Shown piece by piece: positions 49,649 through 63,544 of a stretch of 64,000 nt of DNA. This stretch comes from Chiloscyllium plagiosum. Lineage: Eukaryota. A program made the translations under genes and the position numbers. The DNA lies in assembly GCF_004010195.1 (NCBI RefSeq), contig NC_057750.1, forward strand, positions 15,370,537 through 15,434,536, read 5' to 3'. Numbering within the stretch: position 1 is the first letter of the stretch; each line of letters starts with the position of its first letter. A model generated the notes under the pieces. It saw nothing but the letters and a program-made list of their open reading frames with translations, ran no database searches and was not told the DNA's origin.

Positions 49649-52600
49649 CTAAGTGAACCTCATGCTGAGCAGCAGAAAACAAACCTGAAAACATAGGAAT
49701 GCTGACAAAATCAGGTGGAAATGGTGTGATAGGTGGTTTGGGTTAGACACACACAGGAGTTTACTGGAAGGTAGGGAGGGGTGTGTGTGTGTGTTTGTTT
49801 TGGATGGCACAGGATTTGGATTGGATGTATTTGCATGACAATAGCCATAATCCACAAATACAGATTAGCCAGTGGAACTAAATTTCATATTTAATCAATA
49901 GGGGTTTTGCTTGCAGAATGTGATGCAAGAAATGCAAAGTCAGAAAAAACACCCACAGCCTACTCTCAAACCAACAAATTTATACAGTTCAGCCAGCCAG
50001 GATAAGGGGCAATACAGGATATGTGGGACAGGGATGGGGGGAGCAAGGCACTTTATGCCCCATCTGACAGATCCGGACTGTCTCACTGCATTATCATGCT
50101 GCCCTGCCCAAGCCGAGTGCTGTCTGCTCTCTGCAACTTGCCTGCAACCTAAGTGATGACACATCTTTTCCATTACAGCCTATTTGTGGTTTCTGCGGAT
50201 CTCTCAAGTCTTTTTTTTTGTGTAACACAATAACATAAGCACAAGTTGCAACAAATCTGGCAGAAACCACATCCACATGGATGCTTTTATTTTCAATCTA
50301 CACAGCTGTGAACTGACATATGGATTTAACAAGACCTTCAGGGTCTGCTGGATTGATAAAATTCCATTTGCAGCCAGGTCAATGAGTTCACATATCAACA
50401 CTAAGACGTGTTGGTCAAGCTACTTTCTGACAATTTTAAACCAGGAATTTTCAAAGAAACAGGAAAATCTTCTTGAAACAAGGTGGCGTTTGTATAAACA
50501 AAATGTATTTATACAGTATCTTTAAGATCATAAAACATCCTAGGGCTTATGGAGGAGGAGGATGACAGAGGCAGTATCTAAAGGCAAGGACACATTCAAT
50601 GCTGCACGATAAACAGGCTGAATAAAAAAGCATAGCTTTCAAGACACTGAGCAGATCTTAGGTTGGTCTTTTGCCTTTCCCTAACCAGTTCTGCAACATG
50701 TGTCAACTGATACCCCACATAAAAATGGCTAAAACAAACACATTCGGTGCAAAGTATTCTTATAAACCCGGTCCCCAGCATCCAACAAATTAGTAGAGCA
50801 GGCAGATCCCTTGCCCTTACATTCATCAACCAAATCTCGCAACTACTACACCAATCTGATGCAAGTAAGAGATCAGAATTCAATAGAATGACCACTTGAG
50901 AAAACTTTTGAGACCCCCTGCACTCATCACACAACTCCTCAAGGAGGCCATACGATTCCTTTTTGTCTTGAAGCTCCAGCACAAGCTGTGATCTAATTAA
51001 TCTCCCACCTTCACTCATTCCCATTCTTATTCCAATCAGGCATATCATTCCAGATCATCATAACCTCATCATGTAAAACCCTCTGGCTCTTTTGTGAACA
51101 CATTAAATGTGTCTTTCTGGTTAACGACTGTTTCCAGTGGAAGCAGTTTCCTCTTAATTACATTATCAAAACTAAGCAACATGGATTGCAATCAGGAACT
51201 GGTCATTAGCAGGCTGGACCCAGAGGTGAACGACAACAAAAACATGAAAATAAAATTCAAGCTGTTATTCAAGAATGGAATTCCGTTCTCCTTACCATTG
51301 ACTCGGTTTCCACAGAGTTATATTCTCAATGTCCATTAACACAGCATGCTTCTTTAGTATCAAAAACACTGCTTAGGCAGGTCTCCTAAGTGCCACGAGC
51401 ATTAAACAGAGCCTCAGCAGCACCAGACATGCTCCAGGAATAAATACTTCAACATTCCCCTTCGGCCAATTCAACCTAATAGATGCTCTCAGTCATAACA
51501 CAAAATGGACAGGATGAAACATTTACCAGTTTCACTAGCCACAATGCAAGGCTCTCTCAGCTGCCCAAGAGAACACTTCGTATCCCTCCTCTAGACGACA
51601 GTCTAATTAAAAACCATTTCATCAGTGAAGCCCCACTACTTACCGCGACTTGACAAGATTTCAGAAAAAAGTGATTTCAACAATTTTTTAAGCGATCACA
51701 AATCCTTGAAGATTTTTCCGCAGTAGCCAAGGGTTTCAATAGATACTGTACAGAGAAGGCAAGCCCAACGAGAAATAGAGAGGGAGTTAAAAAGTCATCA
51801 ACCCAGATCAAAATCACCAAGGGCCAAAATCAAAGAATGCGCCGAGACAGCTACTGCACAAGGTATGTCGCCACAGTTAATGCTGCAGCTTCCTGGTTTT
51901 ATCCCATGTCTCAGGGAACGTCAATGAGACACTCCCCCTCAGTCCATGAGGGAAAGCAGACTGACGGTTGCAGCGACTCATGACTGGGAAATGATGTCAG
52001 AAAGCGACCTTGGCTCAGCATGTTTGTTTTCACTCACATTTCACACTTGGACAGGATTAGGCCACAAGAGTTTCAGTCGATCCAGTCAGAGTTTCTGCTG
52101 TACTATCAGCCTGAACTGCCCCTGCCACTCAAATGAGAGAGCGAGAAAGATTTTTTTTCTCCTCTGCAAAGAGAACTACACACTTCCAGTTTCTGTGGAA
52201 TGACAATGACTTGGCAGCTTTGAGATGATTACTCAAAAAAAAATTATGACAGAATAAGATTTGATCATTCTGCCCCTCTAAATGAACAGTCAACTTCCTT
52301 ACACAGAGGATTTGCACTATGTTACTGGACCATTGCCTAAGATGATATATGTCAGTCACTGCATTACAGGGAGATTGGTACTGTGCAGAATAATAAAATT
52401 ATATCTAAAGCTTCTCTTCGTTCAGAACTTGTACAATCACTTTTTTTGTAATGTGCTCAATTCAAATCACAGGGCTGATAACTGCTTAATGCCTAGGCAA
52501 GTTGCTAATCCAGATCCTAATTAATCAGCTCAGAAAATTTTTTATGTTACTACAATGAGTTCATCGATTCCCAGAAACAATTTTCTCAGCACTGCCGCAA

Positions 52601-53484
52601 AGACATTGGGCAGACAAGTATTGATATGGAGCCTTTCACAATGTTAGGCAGCCCACAGCTCTTTCCAACCAATTAAGCACTTCTTGAATGGCAATGTCTG
52701 TTGTAATCTTAGAAATATGGCAACCATTCTGCACATAGCAAGATCCTACAAACAGAATGTGGAAAAGATCAAACCAACCATTTTAGTGACAGTGGCCAAG
52801 AGCCAAACAACCAGGAGACATTGTCCACTAAAAACTTCCACTAAAATTAGTTGAGAACATTGACCAAAGTTGTCAACGTGATGTATTCCACCTCTAGGCC
52901 CCATAATGACTACAGTTATGGTACAGAGACCAGCATTCAGAGAAATGAAAAACCAAGTATAACATGATACACGAATGACTACCTACTCTAGCTGTGTGCA
53001 TACAACACCAAAACTGCAGTCACATGGAGTCTGGGGGACAAATGATACATGAGCTTTCACGAATTGTTAAGGTGACACTGGGTAAGCAGCTTCATATCCT
53101 AACTAAAAAGGCAAGATCAGAAGCTGCTATGTGGATAAAGAAAGTGTTCATTTGAAGGCTGCCTTAATTGATGAGCACAGCATTGCTGAATGGCCTGGCA
53201 GCTGCCCAAGAACATACAGGCACAGTCCCAAAGATAGATAAACTCAATTGAAAAGGTTCAACTGAAGAGTGTTTGGGGCAGTATGCAGCATAGATTGAGA
53301 CAAAAAGCAAGGTTAATCTTCGCACTGACTAAAACCAGAAGAGCTGAACCCAGGAACTCTAGGTCGGGGATCTCAGGGATCGAGTCAGTGCTTGCAATAC
53401 CAAGTCATGGGGAAAACCTTAAGACTAGCTTATTTGTGTGATCTTTAAACTAGACACTCTGGGGAAGGTTGCTCTAGATCTGAA

Positions 53485-54470
53485 AATAACTGTTATAACT
53501 CCTTTATTCAAAGGGGTAAGAAGGCAGAAAGCAGGAAACTGCAGGCCAGTTAGCTCATATGGAAAATGTTAGAAGTTATTTTAAAGATGTTTTAACAGGG
53601 TATTTGAATTAGTTCAAGGTAATCAGGCATAGTCACAATGGTTTTGTTAAAGGGAAATCATGGTTTTGCTAAAGGGAACTCTTGTTTTGCTAATTTATTG
53701 GAGTTATTTGAACTAACTTGTGTTGTAGATAAAGGGGAACCATGGATGCTTTGTATTTAGATTTTCAGAAGGCATTTGATAAGATGCCTCAAAAGGTTAT
53801 TGGAGAAAATAAATGCTTATAATGAATAAGATAAACATATTGGCATGGATCAAAGACTGGCTGGCTGCCAAGAAGCAGAGAGTAGGAGCAAATACATCTT
53901 TTCAGACTGGCAAGTTGTCAGAATGGTGTGCCACTGGGTTGGGGCCTCAACTCATTACAATTTATATCAAAGGTATGGCAGCTAAATTTGCTAATGACAC
54001 AAAGATAGGTAGGAAAGTGAGTTGTGAAAAAGACAAGGAGTCTACAAAGGAATATAAATAGGTTAGGTGAGTGGACAAAGATTTGGCCAATGAAATACAA
54101 TGTGGGAAAATGTAAAACTATCTATTTTGGCGGAAAGATAGATGATGGGAGATGCGGAGCTCTGAGATGCAGAGAGATCTGGGTATCCTGGTGCATGAAT
54201 CACAGAAAGTTAACATGTAGGTACAGCAAGTAATTAGGAAAGCTTATAGAATGTTCTAGTTTATTGCAAAGGGAACTGAATGCAGGAGTAAGAAAGTTTG
54301 TTTTGGCTATACAGGCATTGATGAGATTACATCCGTGCATAGTACTGATCATCCTACTTATGGAAATATATTAGTGAGTCAGAAGCAGTTCAGAGAAGGT
54401 TTACTACACCAATATCTGGAAGCAGCAGATTGCCTTATGAGGAAAGGCTAGTTAGGCTAGGTCCTCTACA
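53485..54470 (+). mobile_element. Decayed CR1 LINE RT
   Basis: ILAWIKDWLAAKKQRV, KFANDTKIG; ttagattttcagaaggcatttgataag (LDFQKAFD). Confidence 0.85.
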
Positions 54471-55214
54471 GTGGCTACTTCTAGTATTTGTTCATGTTTC
54501 AAACTCCTAATTGACCTCATTTGACCTAGTTATCCAATAACGAAACTTCCTTACTTAGTGTGCTGAACTTGTTTTAAAAGAGAACATGACACCAATGCAC
54601 AGGGGTTACATTGTGATACGGTCACTGGATATGTCATTCCACCATTTTAAGAGTCCCAGGCTAATGCCCTTAGGACACGGGTTTAAACCCCACCATAATA
54701 GCTGGTGGAATTGAAGTTCATATTCAAATAATTCAAAATCTAGAACTGAAAGCTAGTCTCACTACATGGTGAATATGGAACCACCACAGCGTAAGATTCT
54801 GTTAGACTCACTACAGGCAGGAAAGAAATCTGCTGCTTTATCTAAAGTGACCTCCATGTGACTCCAGAGTCTCACCTACCCTCACATTTACCGAAGCAAG
54901 CAGTCATACCAAACCACTGGAGGAAAATTGCCAAACAGACAGCAGTGGTTTGAGAAGGCAGACCAGCACTATTTTCACACAGGCAATTAGGGGCAGGCAA
55001 TAAATGTTGGCCAGTGATATCCAAGTTCCATCAGGGAGCTTTAAAATTCCCAACCCTTGATTGTTAGAGTCTATACAAGCGTGGCATCAGTATGAGACAT
55101 ACTGCTTCCTGTCATTATGCCACAAAGAGTCTAGATTAACACAATTACAATAGCTTTTCTAATAGCTTCCAAGATCCAGGGCTGCAGGGTTTATCGGAGC
55201 TTATGAGTCAGAGT

Positions 55215-55805
55215 CAAAGTCATACAGTATGGAAACAGAACCTTCAGCCAAACTTGTCCATGCCAAACACGTTTCCTAAATTGAACGAGTTCCATTTGCT
55301 CACAGTTGGCCCATATCTCTCAAAACCTTTCCTATCCATACACCTGTCCAAATCTCTGTAAGCTGCAACTGTACTCACCTCTACCACTTCCTCTGGCAAC
55401 TCATTCCACATACGCACCAACCTCTGAAAAAGTTGCCACTCAGGTCCCTTGTAAATCTTTCCCCTCTCACCTTAAACTTATGCTCTTTAGTTTTGAACTC
55501 CCCTACCCTCGGAAAAAGACCTTGGCTATTCACCTTATCTATGCTCATGATTTTAGAAACCTCAGTAAAGTCACCCCACAGTCTCCTATGCTCTCAGAGG
55601 AAAATACCCAAGCCTATCCAGCTTCTCCTTATAACTCATACTCTTCAGTCTCAGTAATAATGTTGGAAACACTTCTTGCATCCTTTACAGTTTAATAACC
55701 TCCTTCCTACAGCAGGGAGACCAAAGCTGCACACAGAACTCCAGGTGCAGCCTTACTGATGTTTTGTATAGCCACAAAATGATGTCCCAACTCCTGTACT
55801 CAATG
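55215..55805 (-). mobile_element. CR1 LINE 3' fragment
   Basis: Homologous to 16340-17085. Confidence 0.8.
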
Positions 55806-56109
55806 TGGATTGAGATTAGAGTGATCAGAACAGTCAAGTAGACTGAGTGACAGGATAACGAAGGGGGACAGGGAAGCTGAAAACAGGCAAAGTAAGCTCA
55901 AAAATATTAAAAGCAATCAAATAATCATTACAATAGCATCTGGGCAATTTCAATTGAAGTCATCATATCCTTACAACCTTTCTAAAACGGCACAAAAGAC
56001 CTCAAGCACAAGTCATGTATTCTGTTATTCAATGAAAGGAAAAATAAACAGCAAAGAGAACAAAAGGAATTTTTTTTTTTTACAAATTCCAAGCAGTCTT
56101 TGAGAAGGG

Positions 56110-57445
56110 GAGAAAGACGACAACCTCTCCCTCAGTATCAGCGAAACGAAGGAGTTGGTTATCAACTTCAGGAAGTGGAGTTGAGGACATCCCCGTTTGT
56201 ATCAATGGTGCTGAGGTGGTCGACAGCTTCAAGATCCTCGGAGTAAATTTCACCAACAACCTGTCCTGGTCCATCCATGCTAACACTACAATGAAGAAAG
56301 CCTCTACTAGTGCCTCTACTTCTTTAGAAGGCCAAGGAAATTTGGCATGTCCACAATGACTCTTACCAATTTTTAGAGATGCACCATAGAAAGCATCCTA
56401 TCCCAACGCACCACAGCTTGGAATGGCAACTGCTCTGCCCAAGACTAAGAATTTACAGAGAGAGACCCAAGGGGTAACTTTTTCACGCAGAGGGTGGTAT
56501 ATGTATGGAATGAGCTGCCAGAGGAAGTGGTGGAGACTGGTACAATTACAACATTTAAGAGGCATTTGGATGGGTATACAAATAAGAAGGGTTTGGAGGG
56601 ATATGTGCTGGGTGCTGGCAGGTGGGACTAGATTGGGTTGGGATATCTGGTCAGCATGGACGAGTTGGACCAAAGGGTCTGTTTCCATTGCTGTACATCT
56701 CTATGACTCTATGTGAATGCAATCCAGTCTGTCATGAAAACCAGCCTTCCTTCCATTGACTCAATCTATTCTTGCCATTGTGCCTCAGGAAGAGAGAAAA
56801 GAAAACTGCAGATGCTGGTAGACAAGCAGGAGGCTGGAAGAATACAGAAGCCAGGCGGCATTAGGAGGTGGAGAAGTTAACATTTCAGGTGTAACCCTTC
56901 TTCAGGACTTGGGGTAGGTGTGAGGGGAGCTGCAGATAAAGGGGTGGGGGGGGGGGTTTGTGGGTGGTGAGGTAGGGAAAGATGAACAGGTGGAGGGTAC
57001 GAATTGGTTGGTCAATGGGAGGAATGAATCCAGTTGGTGGCTGGAAGGAAGAGTCAATCAGAGGAATGGAAGGGAGGGGATTGGGCTGGGAAGGGAGGTT
57101 ATTTGAAATTGGAAAACTCAAATGTTGAGTAAAACAACCAACATAATCAAAGACCTCTTCCAATCAGATTATATCCTTTTTCATCCTCTTCCACCAGAAA
57201 TATACAAAAGTTGGAAAACACAGACAAATTTAAGAACAGCTTCATCCCTGCTGTTATTTATGAACAGACCTCTCACATATTCGAGTTAATCTTTCTCTGC
57301 ACCCTCTCTGTAGCTGTAACACTATATTCTGCTTTGTGTTCTATTACCCTGATCTGATGTATGGTATGATTTGCCTGGATTGCATGGGAAAAATACTTTT
57401 TGCTATATCTGGGTACATGTGACAATAATAAATCATATCAAATTG
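56110..57445 (+). mobile_element. Rex1/Babar-type LINE 3' part with nested CR1 tail (56460-56712) and Penelope end (~56790-57125, minus)
   Basis: agatgcaccatagaaagcatcc...gcttggaatggcaactgc (RCTIESIL...AW-GNC). aataaatcatatcaaat tail. Confidence 0.75.
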
Positions 57446-59089
57446 ACCACTCAAAACTAAACGCCCTCAAGTTGAACGAGCTAAGTTTCAGAATGGAGTT
57501 TGGAATGTCCCAGTTCCATGGTAAGCATATGTTGTCAGGTTTCTGATTTTTTTTTAAAACTGAAATTGCCATACAAAAAGTTCCAAAGTCCCAACAAGAA
57601 TTAAGTTTAATCTTAAGTGAGCCTCACACTCACTAGTGGGCACTATCAGGTGGAGCCAGTAAAGTCACAAAATTAATGGACAAAACTATTGTGTTTTGGA
57701 ATGATAATACCTTGTAAACTAACAGAATTGAAATTCTATTTCTCTGTATAATCTTTCTTAAAATAAAGTCTTAGCTAAATATTTACTGAATATTTCTGAG
57801 TAAAGTGTGAACAGGCTGGGGTCAAATACTCTTTAAAAAAAAAGACTGAGGCAAACCAGAAAAGACATTTTGTTTAAATTAAGAGGAGGTTTGGTCGGCT
57901 AAACAGACGTGTCCACTTATGGGGGAGGAGGTAACTGAAGGGACATAAACATAAGACAGTCACTAACAAGTTTGATAAGGAATGCAGGAGAAACTTCCTT
58001 AGACAGTACAACAGATATAGTGCAGAACTCACTACCATAAGAGCAGTTGAACTGAATAATGTGGCGCATTTAAAAAGTAAGTATCTGGTAGAAAGGGGAG
58101 TAGAATACATCAACAGGAGGTTCGTGGATGGCATAAACACCAACATGCACCTGTTAGTCTCAATGCTGTACTGCTGAGCTGTAAATTCTGTGCAACATTT
58201 AAAATAGATGTTTGGAAGCAAAGATCCACAATTAGCCTCAGCCAATTCACTTTACAAAGAACAGTGCACAATGCTATTTTTGAGAATCTAGCTCAGATGT
58301 AACACCCACATAGCTGAATAACATGGCAGTAATTATCAAAAACAAATTCTTCACACAAGGTGCATGTCTGAGAGGCAATCAGACATCTACCAAGAGAGAA
58401 TAAAGTAAGGATCCAAAATATATTTGGAGGTTGAACATAAATAAACTGACATCTGGGGCCACAGATGTGACTGAAACAGTTGGGATCAAAGGACACAGTG
58501 AGAATTTAGGAAAAAACTATTTAGAATCTATTTCAATGACTTGGATGAAAGCACAGGGCATACTAAGCTAAATTTGCTGATAACATCAAGACCGGTCAGA
58601 AAACAAGATGGGCTAAACAGTCTGCAAAACTACATAGGATAGGGTACATAAGTGGACAAAAAATTGGCAATTGGAATAATAGCGTGAGAAAATGTAAACT
58701 TGCATAATTTGGCACAAAGTATAAAAAAGGAGTCAGATATTTAAATGGAGAAAGATTGCAGAACAGTTAAGAGAGATCAGACTGTCCTAGTACTTGAATC
58801 ACAAAAATCTAACTTGCAAATACAAGTGATCAGGTAGGCAAACAAAATATTGTTGTTTATTCGAAAGGGAACAGAATATAAAAGAAGGGAAGCTTGACTG
58901 CAGCTGTACAGGGTGTCAGTCAATCATTCTGCAGGACCAGTTTTGGTTTCCTTATTTATAAAAGGACATAACTCCATTAGAAGCAGTTTAGTGAAGATCC
59001 AATAATTTGATTCCTGAGATGAAGGGCTTATCAAATGAAGAAAAGTTGGACTAATACCCAAGGGCTGTCACTCTCACCTCACCTCTTCT

Positions 59090-60610
59090 GTCCATGTTTG
59101 AACCAAGGCTGTAATTAAGTAAGGAGCTGAGTGGCCCTGGCAGAACCCAAACTGGTCGATGCTGAGCAGCTGCTGATTGAAAGCACCGTTGCTGACACTT
59201 TCCATCAGTTTATTCATAATATACCGGAGTCTGGGGAGGCGGTAACTGGCCATTCTGGATTTGTCCTGCTTTTATCTTATAGGTCATACGTGGACAATTT
59301 TCTACATTGTCAGGAGTTGCCACTGTTACAACTGTACTCGAACAGCTTGGCTAGGGACACAGCAAGATTTGGAGCACAAGTCTTCAGCCCTACTGCTGCA
59401 CTGCTGTTTGGGCCCATAGCCTTTGCACTGTCCAGTGCCTCCACCCATTTCTCGATATCACATGGAGCTGAAGACTGGTTTCTGTGATGCTTGGGACCAC
59501 TGCAGGAGGCAGAGATGGATCATCCACTTAACATTTCTGGCTAAAGATTATTACAAATGCTTCAGTCTTCTCTTTTGCACTGATGTGCTGGGCTCTTCCA
59601 TCATTGAGGATGGGGATATTTGTGGAGCCTCCTCCTCCAGTGAGTTATTTAATTGTCCCCCACTATTCACAAGTGGATATAGCACGACTGCAGCACTTGG
59701 ATCCAATCTATTGGTTGTGCTTTTGATGCTTGGCAAGTAGCCCTGTTTGGTAGCTTCACCAGGTTGACATCTCATTTTTAGGTATGCCTGGTGCTGCTCC
59801 TGCCATGCCCTCCTTCACTCTCCATGGATTACTAAGGGGATCAAGTGTTACAGAGAGAAGGCAAGAGAAAGTAGTTGAGAAATATATCAGCCATGAGCAA
59901 ATGATGGAGCAGATTTGATGGGCTGAATGGCCTATTCTGTTCCTATATCTTATGGTGTTATGGTCCACTGAACCAGGATTATGGCATTGAGTGGGGAATA
60001 TACCGGTCTATTAGTTACAGATTGTGCTGGAGTACAGATCTGCTACTGTTGATGGCCCATAGCACTTCACGGATGCCCAGTTTTGAGTGGCTAGACTGTT
60101 TGAAAGTCTATCCCATTTAGCGCAGTGACAGTGCCATACATCATAATGGTGGTGAGTCTTCAACAAGGTGAGTCTTCATCTCCACGAGGACTGTGCGGTG
60201 GTCATGGACAGATGCATCTGCAGCTGACAGATTGCTCAAGATGAGGTTAAGCATATGTTTCCCCCTTGTTGATTCCCTCACCACCTGCTGCAGATCCTTT
60301 AGGACCTGACCAGCTTGATTAACAGTGCTGCTGGCAGAGGGGAACATTGAAATCCCCATCCCGAGTACATTTTATGCCCTCAACTACCTCAGAGCTTCCT
60401 CCAATTCTTGGTTATCACTAAGGAGTATGGCTTCCTCAGCCAAGGGAGGATGGTACATGGTAATCAGCAGGAGGTTTCCTGATCTATGTTTAATCTGAAG
60501 ACATAAGATTTAATGGAGTTCTGCGTTAGTGCTGAGGACTCCCAGGGTAATTCTCTCCCGAACATATACAACTGCACTGCCACATCTGCTTGGTCTGTCC
60601 TGCCAATGGG
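59090..60610 (-). mobile_element. Decayed L2/CR1-superfamily LINE ORF2
   Basis: LQQVVRESTRGKHMLNLILSN (APE C-terminus). Complementary to the 27960-28590 family. Confidence 0.65.
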
Positions 60611-60673
60611 TTGTGAAGGCTCTTCAATAAGGTAGCAATATCCCTTACTTTCTCAATAGAGAACTTAAGTACT

Positions 60674-60892
60674 AAGAGAAAGTGAGGACTGCAGATGCTG
60701 GAGATCAGAGCTGAAAAATGTGTTGCTGGAAAAGCGCAGCAGGTCAGGCAGCATCCAAGGAGCATTCCTGAAGAAGGGCTTTTGCCCGAAACGTCGATTC
60801 TCCTGCTCCTTGGATGCTGCCTGACCTGCTGCGCTTTTCCAGCAACACATTTTTAAGCTCTGATCTCCAGCATCTGCAGTCTTCACTTTTTC
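60674..60892. mobile_element. Young palindromic Penelope-derived element with central hammerhead core (60768-60795)
   Basis: ~85-bp near-perfect inverted arms around CTGAAGA-A-GGGC-TTTT-GCCC-GAAAC-GTC. Confidence 0.85.
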
Positions 60893-60929
60893 CACACCCT
60901 ATGCCCTGGCATCCTAAGTCCTCATCCAG

Positions 60930-61900
60930 GTGCTTCTTTAATGGTGTGAGTGTATTTGCCTCCACCAACCTCCATATTTCAACCATGTCTGGGTGAAAAT
61001 TTTTTTTTTTCAAATCCCCTGTAAGCCACTTACCCCTTACCTTAAACCTATGCCCTCTGATCTTAAGATGTGTCTGCCATGGGGGAAAAAATTCTCAAAT
61101 TGATCTATCAATACTTTTCCATTTTTTATACCTCACTCAGATCTCCCCCCTCAGCCTCCTCTGCTCCAAACACAATCTATACAGCTTCGTCCCATAACTG
61201 AGACTTCCCATCAGGCAACATGCTGGTCAATCTCCTTCGCACCCTCTCCAGTGCAATCACATCCTTCCAATAGTGTGGCCATCAGAACCACATACAGGAT
61301 TCCATCTGTGGCCGAACCAAATATTTTATGAAGTTTTAACTAGACTTCCCTGTTCCCAATATGCTCTTATACAGCTAATGAAAGCAAGCATCCTCTATGC
61401 TTTCTTCATGACCCTATCTACCTTTTCTAACACCTTCAGGAATCTATGCACTTGTACACCGAGGTCCCTTTGTTCCTCAGCACTCCCTAGGGACCAACCA
61501 TTATGTATATCCCTCCCATATTAGATCTCCCAAAATATATCACTTCAAAATTATCAGGATTAAATTCCACCTGCCATTGCTCTGCCTAATTTACCAGCTG
61601 ATCGATAGACTGAGACCATCCTCCTCACTATCAACATCAATTTTCCTATCACCTGCAAACTTAGTAAATTATTCGTTCTATATACACACCCCAAGTTGTT
61701 CATGTACATGACAAATAGCAAGGATCCCAGCACTAATCCACATGAACTGCTTGTCACTGGCTTCCAATCACAAAAACAACCCACCACTATCACTCCTTTC
61801 CCTCCTATTGGAAGTGTACTAATTTGTCTTGGATCCATTGGGTTCCTACCTTTTGGTCAAGGCTTCCATATGGTGAGGCCTTGCTAAAGTCCATGTAACC
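60930..61900 (-). mobile_element. Decayed CR1 LINE
   Basis: DWKPVTSS..GLVLGSLLFVMYMNNL translation. Confidence 0.75.
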
Positions 61901-62574
61901 CACGTGGTATTTTTATGACCATTTGAAGGGGTTGATAGAGCCTCTGCTTAGCATCTTAGCTCAAAGATCACAACAAGAAAGTGAAACTCTCCCTCCATGC
62001 CATATGGAAACACCCAGTCAGACTGTGCACTTCTCAGTGTGAGTTGAACCCACAGTCTCTGACTCAGACGTAAGCAGAGCTGTCACCGAGGTTTTGGGAA
62101 CTTACACCATAACTCCTTCACACTTTGGGGGAAAGAATCAGACCTCCCTTCTGACTGTTAAGTTGTTTAACAGAGAGAGAAAAAAAAATCAACCTCGCAG
62201 ATTTGTTACAAAACACAGCTAAACCTTGAAGAAAAAATGCAGAAAATGCTGGCAAAAAAATCAGCAAGTCTGGTACCACACAAAGTGCATCTCATTGTAA
62301 TACAGCAGAAAACCAATTCACCTCGGTGGGCGACACATTTTGAGTAATACTCAGTTCACGACCTTAAAAAAAACTCCAACCACGGTAACCACCAAGACCA
62401 GAATTCTACACCCCAAAATAGAGCGCAAAGGGCTCATTGTTGACAACAGTGCAAAAGGGACAGAACACAAAAGGGACAATACCAAACTGCTGTGGGTACT
62501 TGCACAGGGCAACTGTTACATGCCACTGATATTCAAGTATGAACAATTTGCAATACCCATTTCCTAGGTAATAC

Positions 62575-63015
62575 AGAATACTGATTTGCAAGCTCATTAC
62601 CGAGACCGGAAGGTTTCCGTTGTAAGGAGAGGCTGGATGGGTTGGGACTTTTCTCCCTGGGCCATAGGAGGCTGAGGGATGACCTTATAGAGGTACAAAA
62701 AATTATGAGATGTATAGTTATGGTGAGTAGTAAAGATCTTTTCCCCAGAGTAGGGTAGTCCAAAACTTGAGGTTTAAAGTGCGAGGGATAGATTTAAAAG
62801 GGACTAGGGGACAATCTTTGCACACAGAAGGTGGTGCATAAATGGAACGAGCTGCCAGCCGAAGGGGTAGAGGCTGGGACAATTATAGCATCGACAAGAT
62901 ATTCGGATAAATACGTGGATAGATGAATATGGGACAAATGTAGGTAAATGGACCGGTGAGCTAGCATGGACAAGTTGGAATGAAGGGCCTGTTTCCATGC
63001 TGTATAACCCTATGA
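62575..63015 (+). mobile_element. CR1 LINE 3' fragment
   Basis: ggaggctgagggatgaccttatagagg...gaagggcctgtttccatgctgtataaccctatg. Confidence 0.8.
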
Positions 63016-63544
63016 ATTGTATAAACTGCACAGGTTGCTGGCTTTAATACCTTCACTCTAATTGTCTGTAAAGTTTCAAACCAACAGCCTCACCTGAAGC
63101 TGTCAACCTTTCTGACAGTATCTCTAGGACTTCAGGTGGCACTCGAAGTGTCAGCACAATTTCAGGCTGCAGTGGAGCTTGCTCTTATCCATACCTTTAC
63201 TTTATATACAGGCACCAGAAGAGACATATAAACCAACACTGAGAAGCAAACAGAAATTTATGAGAAGCCACAGTCTCTGCTGCTCTTCCCAGTCATACCC
63301 AGCACCTACCCTCAGCTGTATTCAATTTTAAATTGTCCAGCAACTGCACCAATGCCTTCCACATTCTGATGGCCCTGAAGATTACCTCCTGTCCTCCATC
63401 TTCAAATATTGAGTTGCCAGATTATATTTGCCTACTTTCCATCATCCTGTCCTTTTTCATTCCTTCATAATTTTGAACACCACTGTCAAGTATCCTAATC
63501 GCCAGAGTTTGTGAAATCACAACTCGAGTTGCTGTTTTTTTTCC

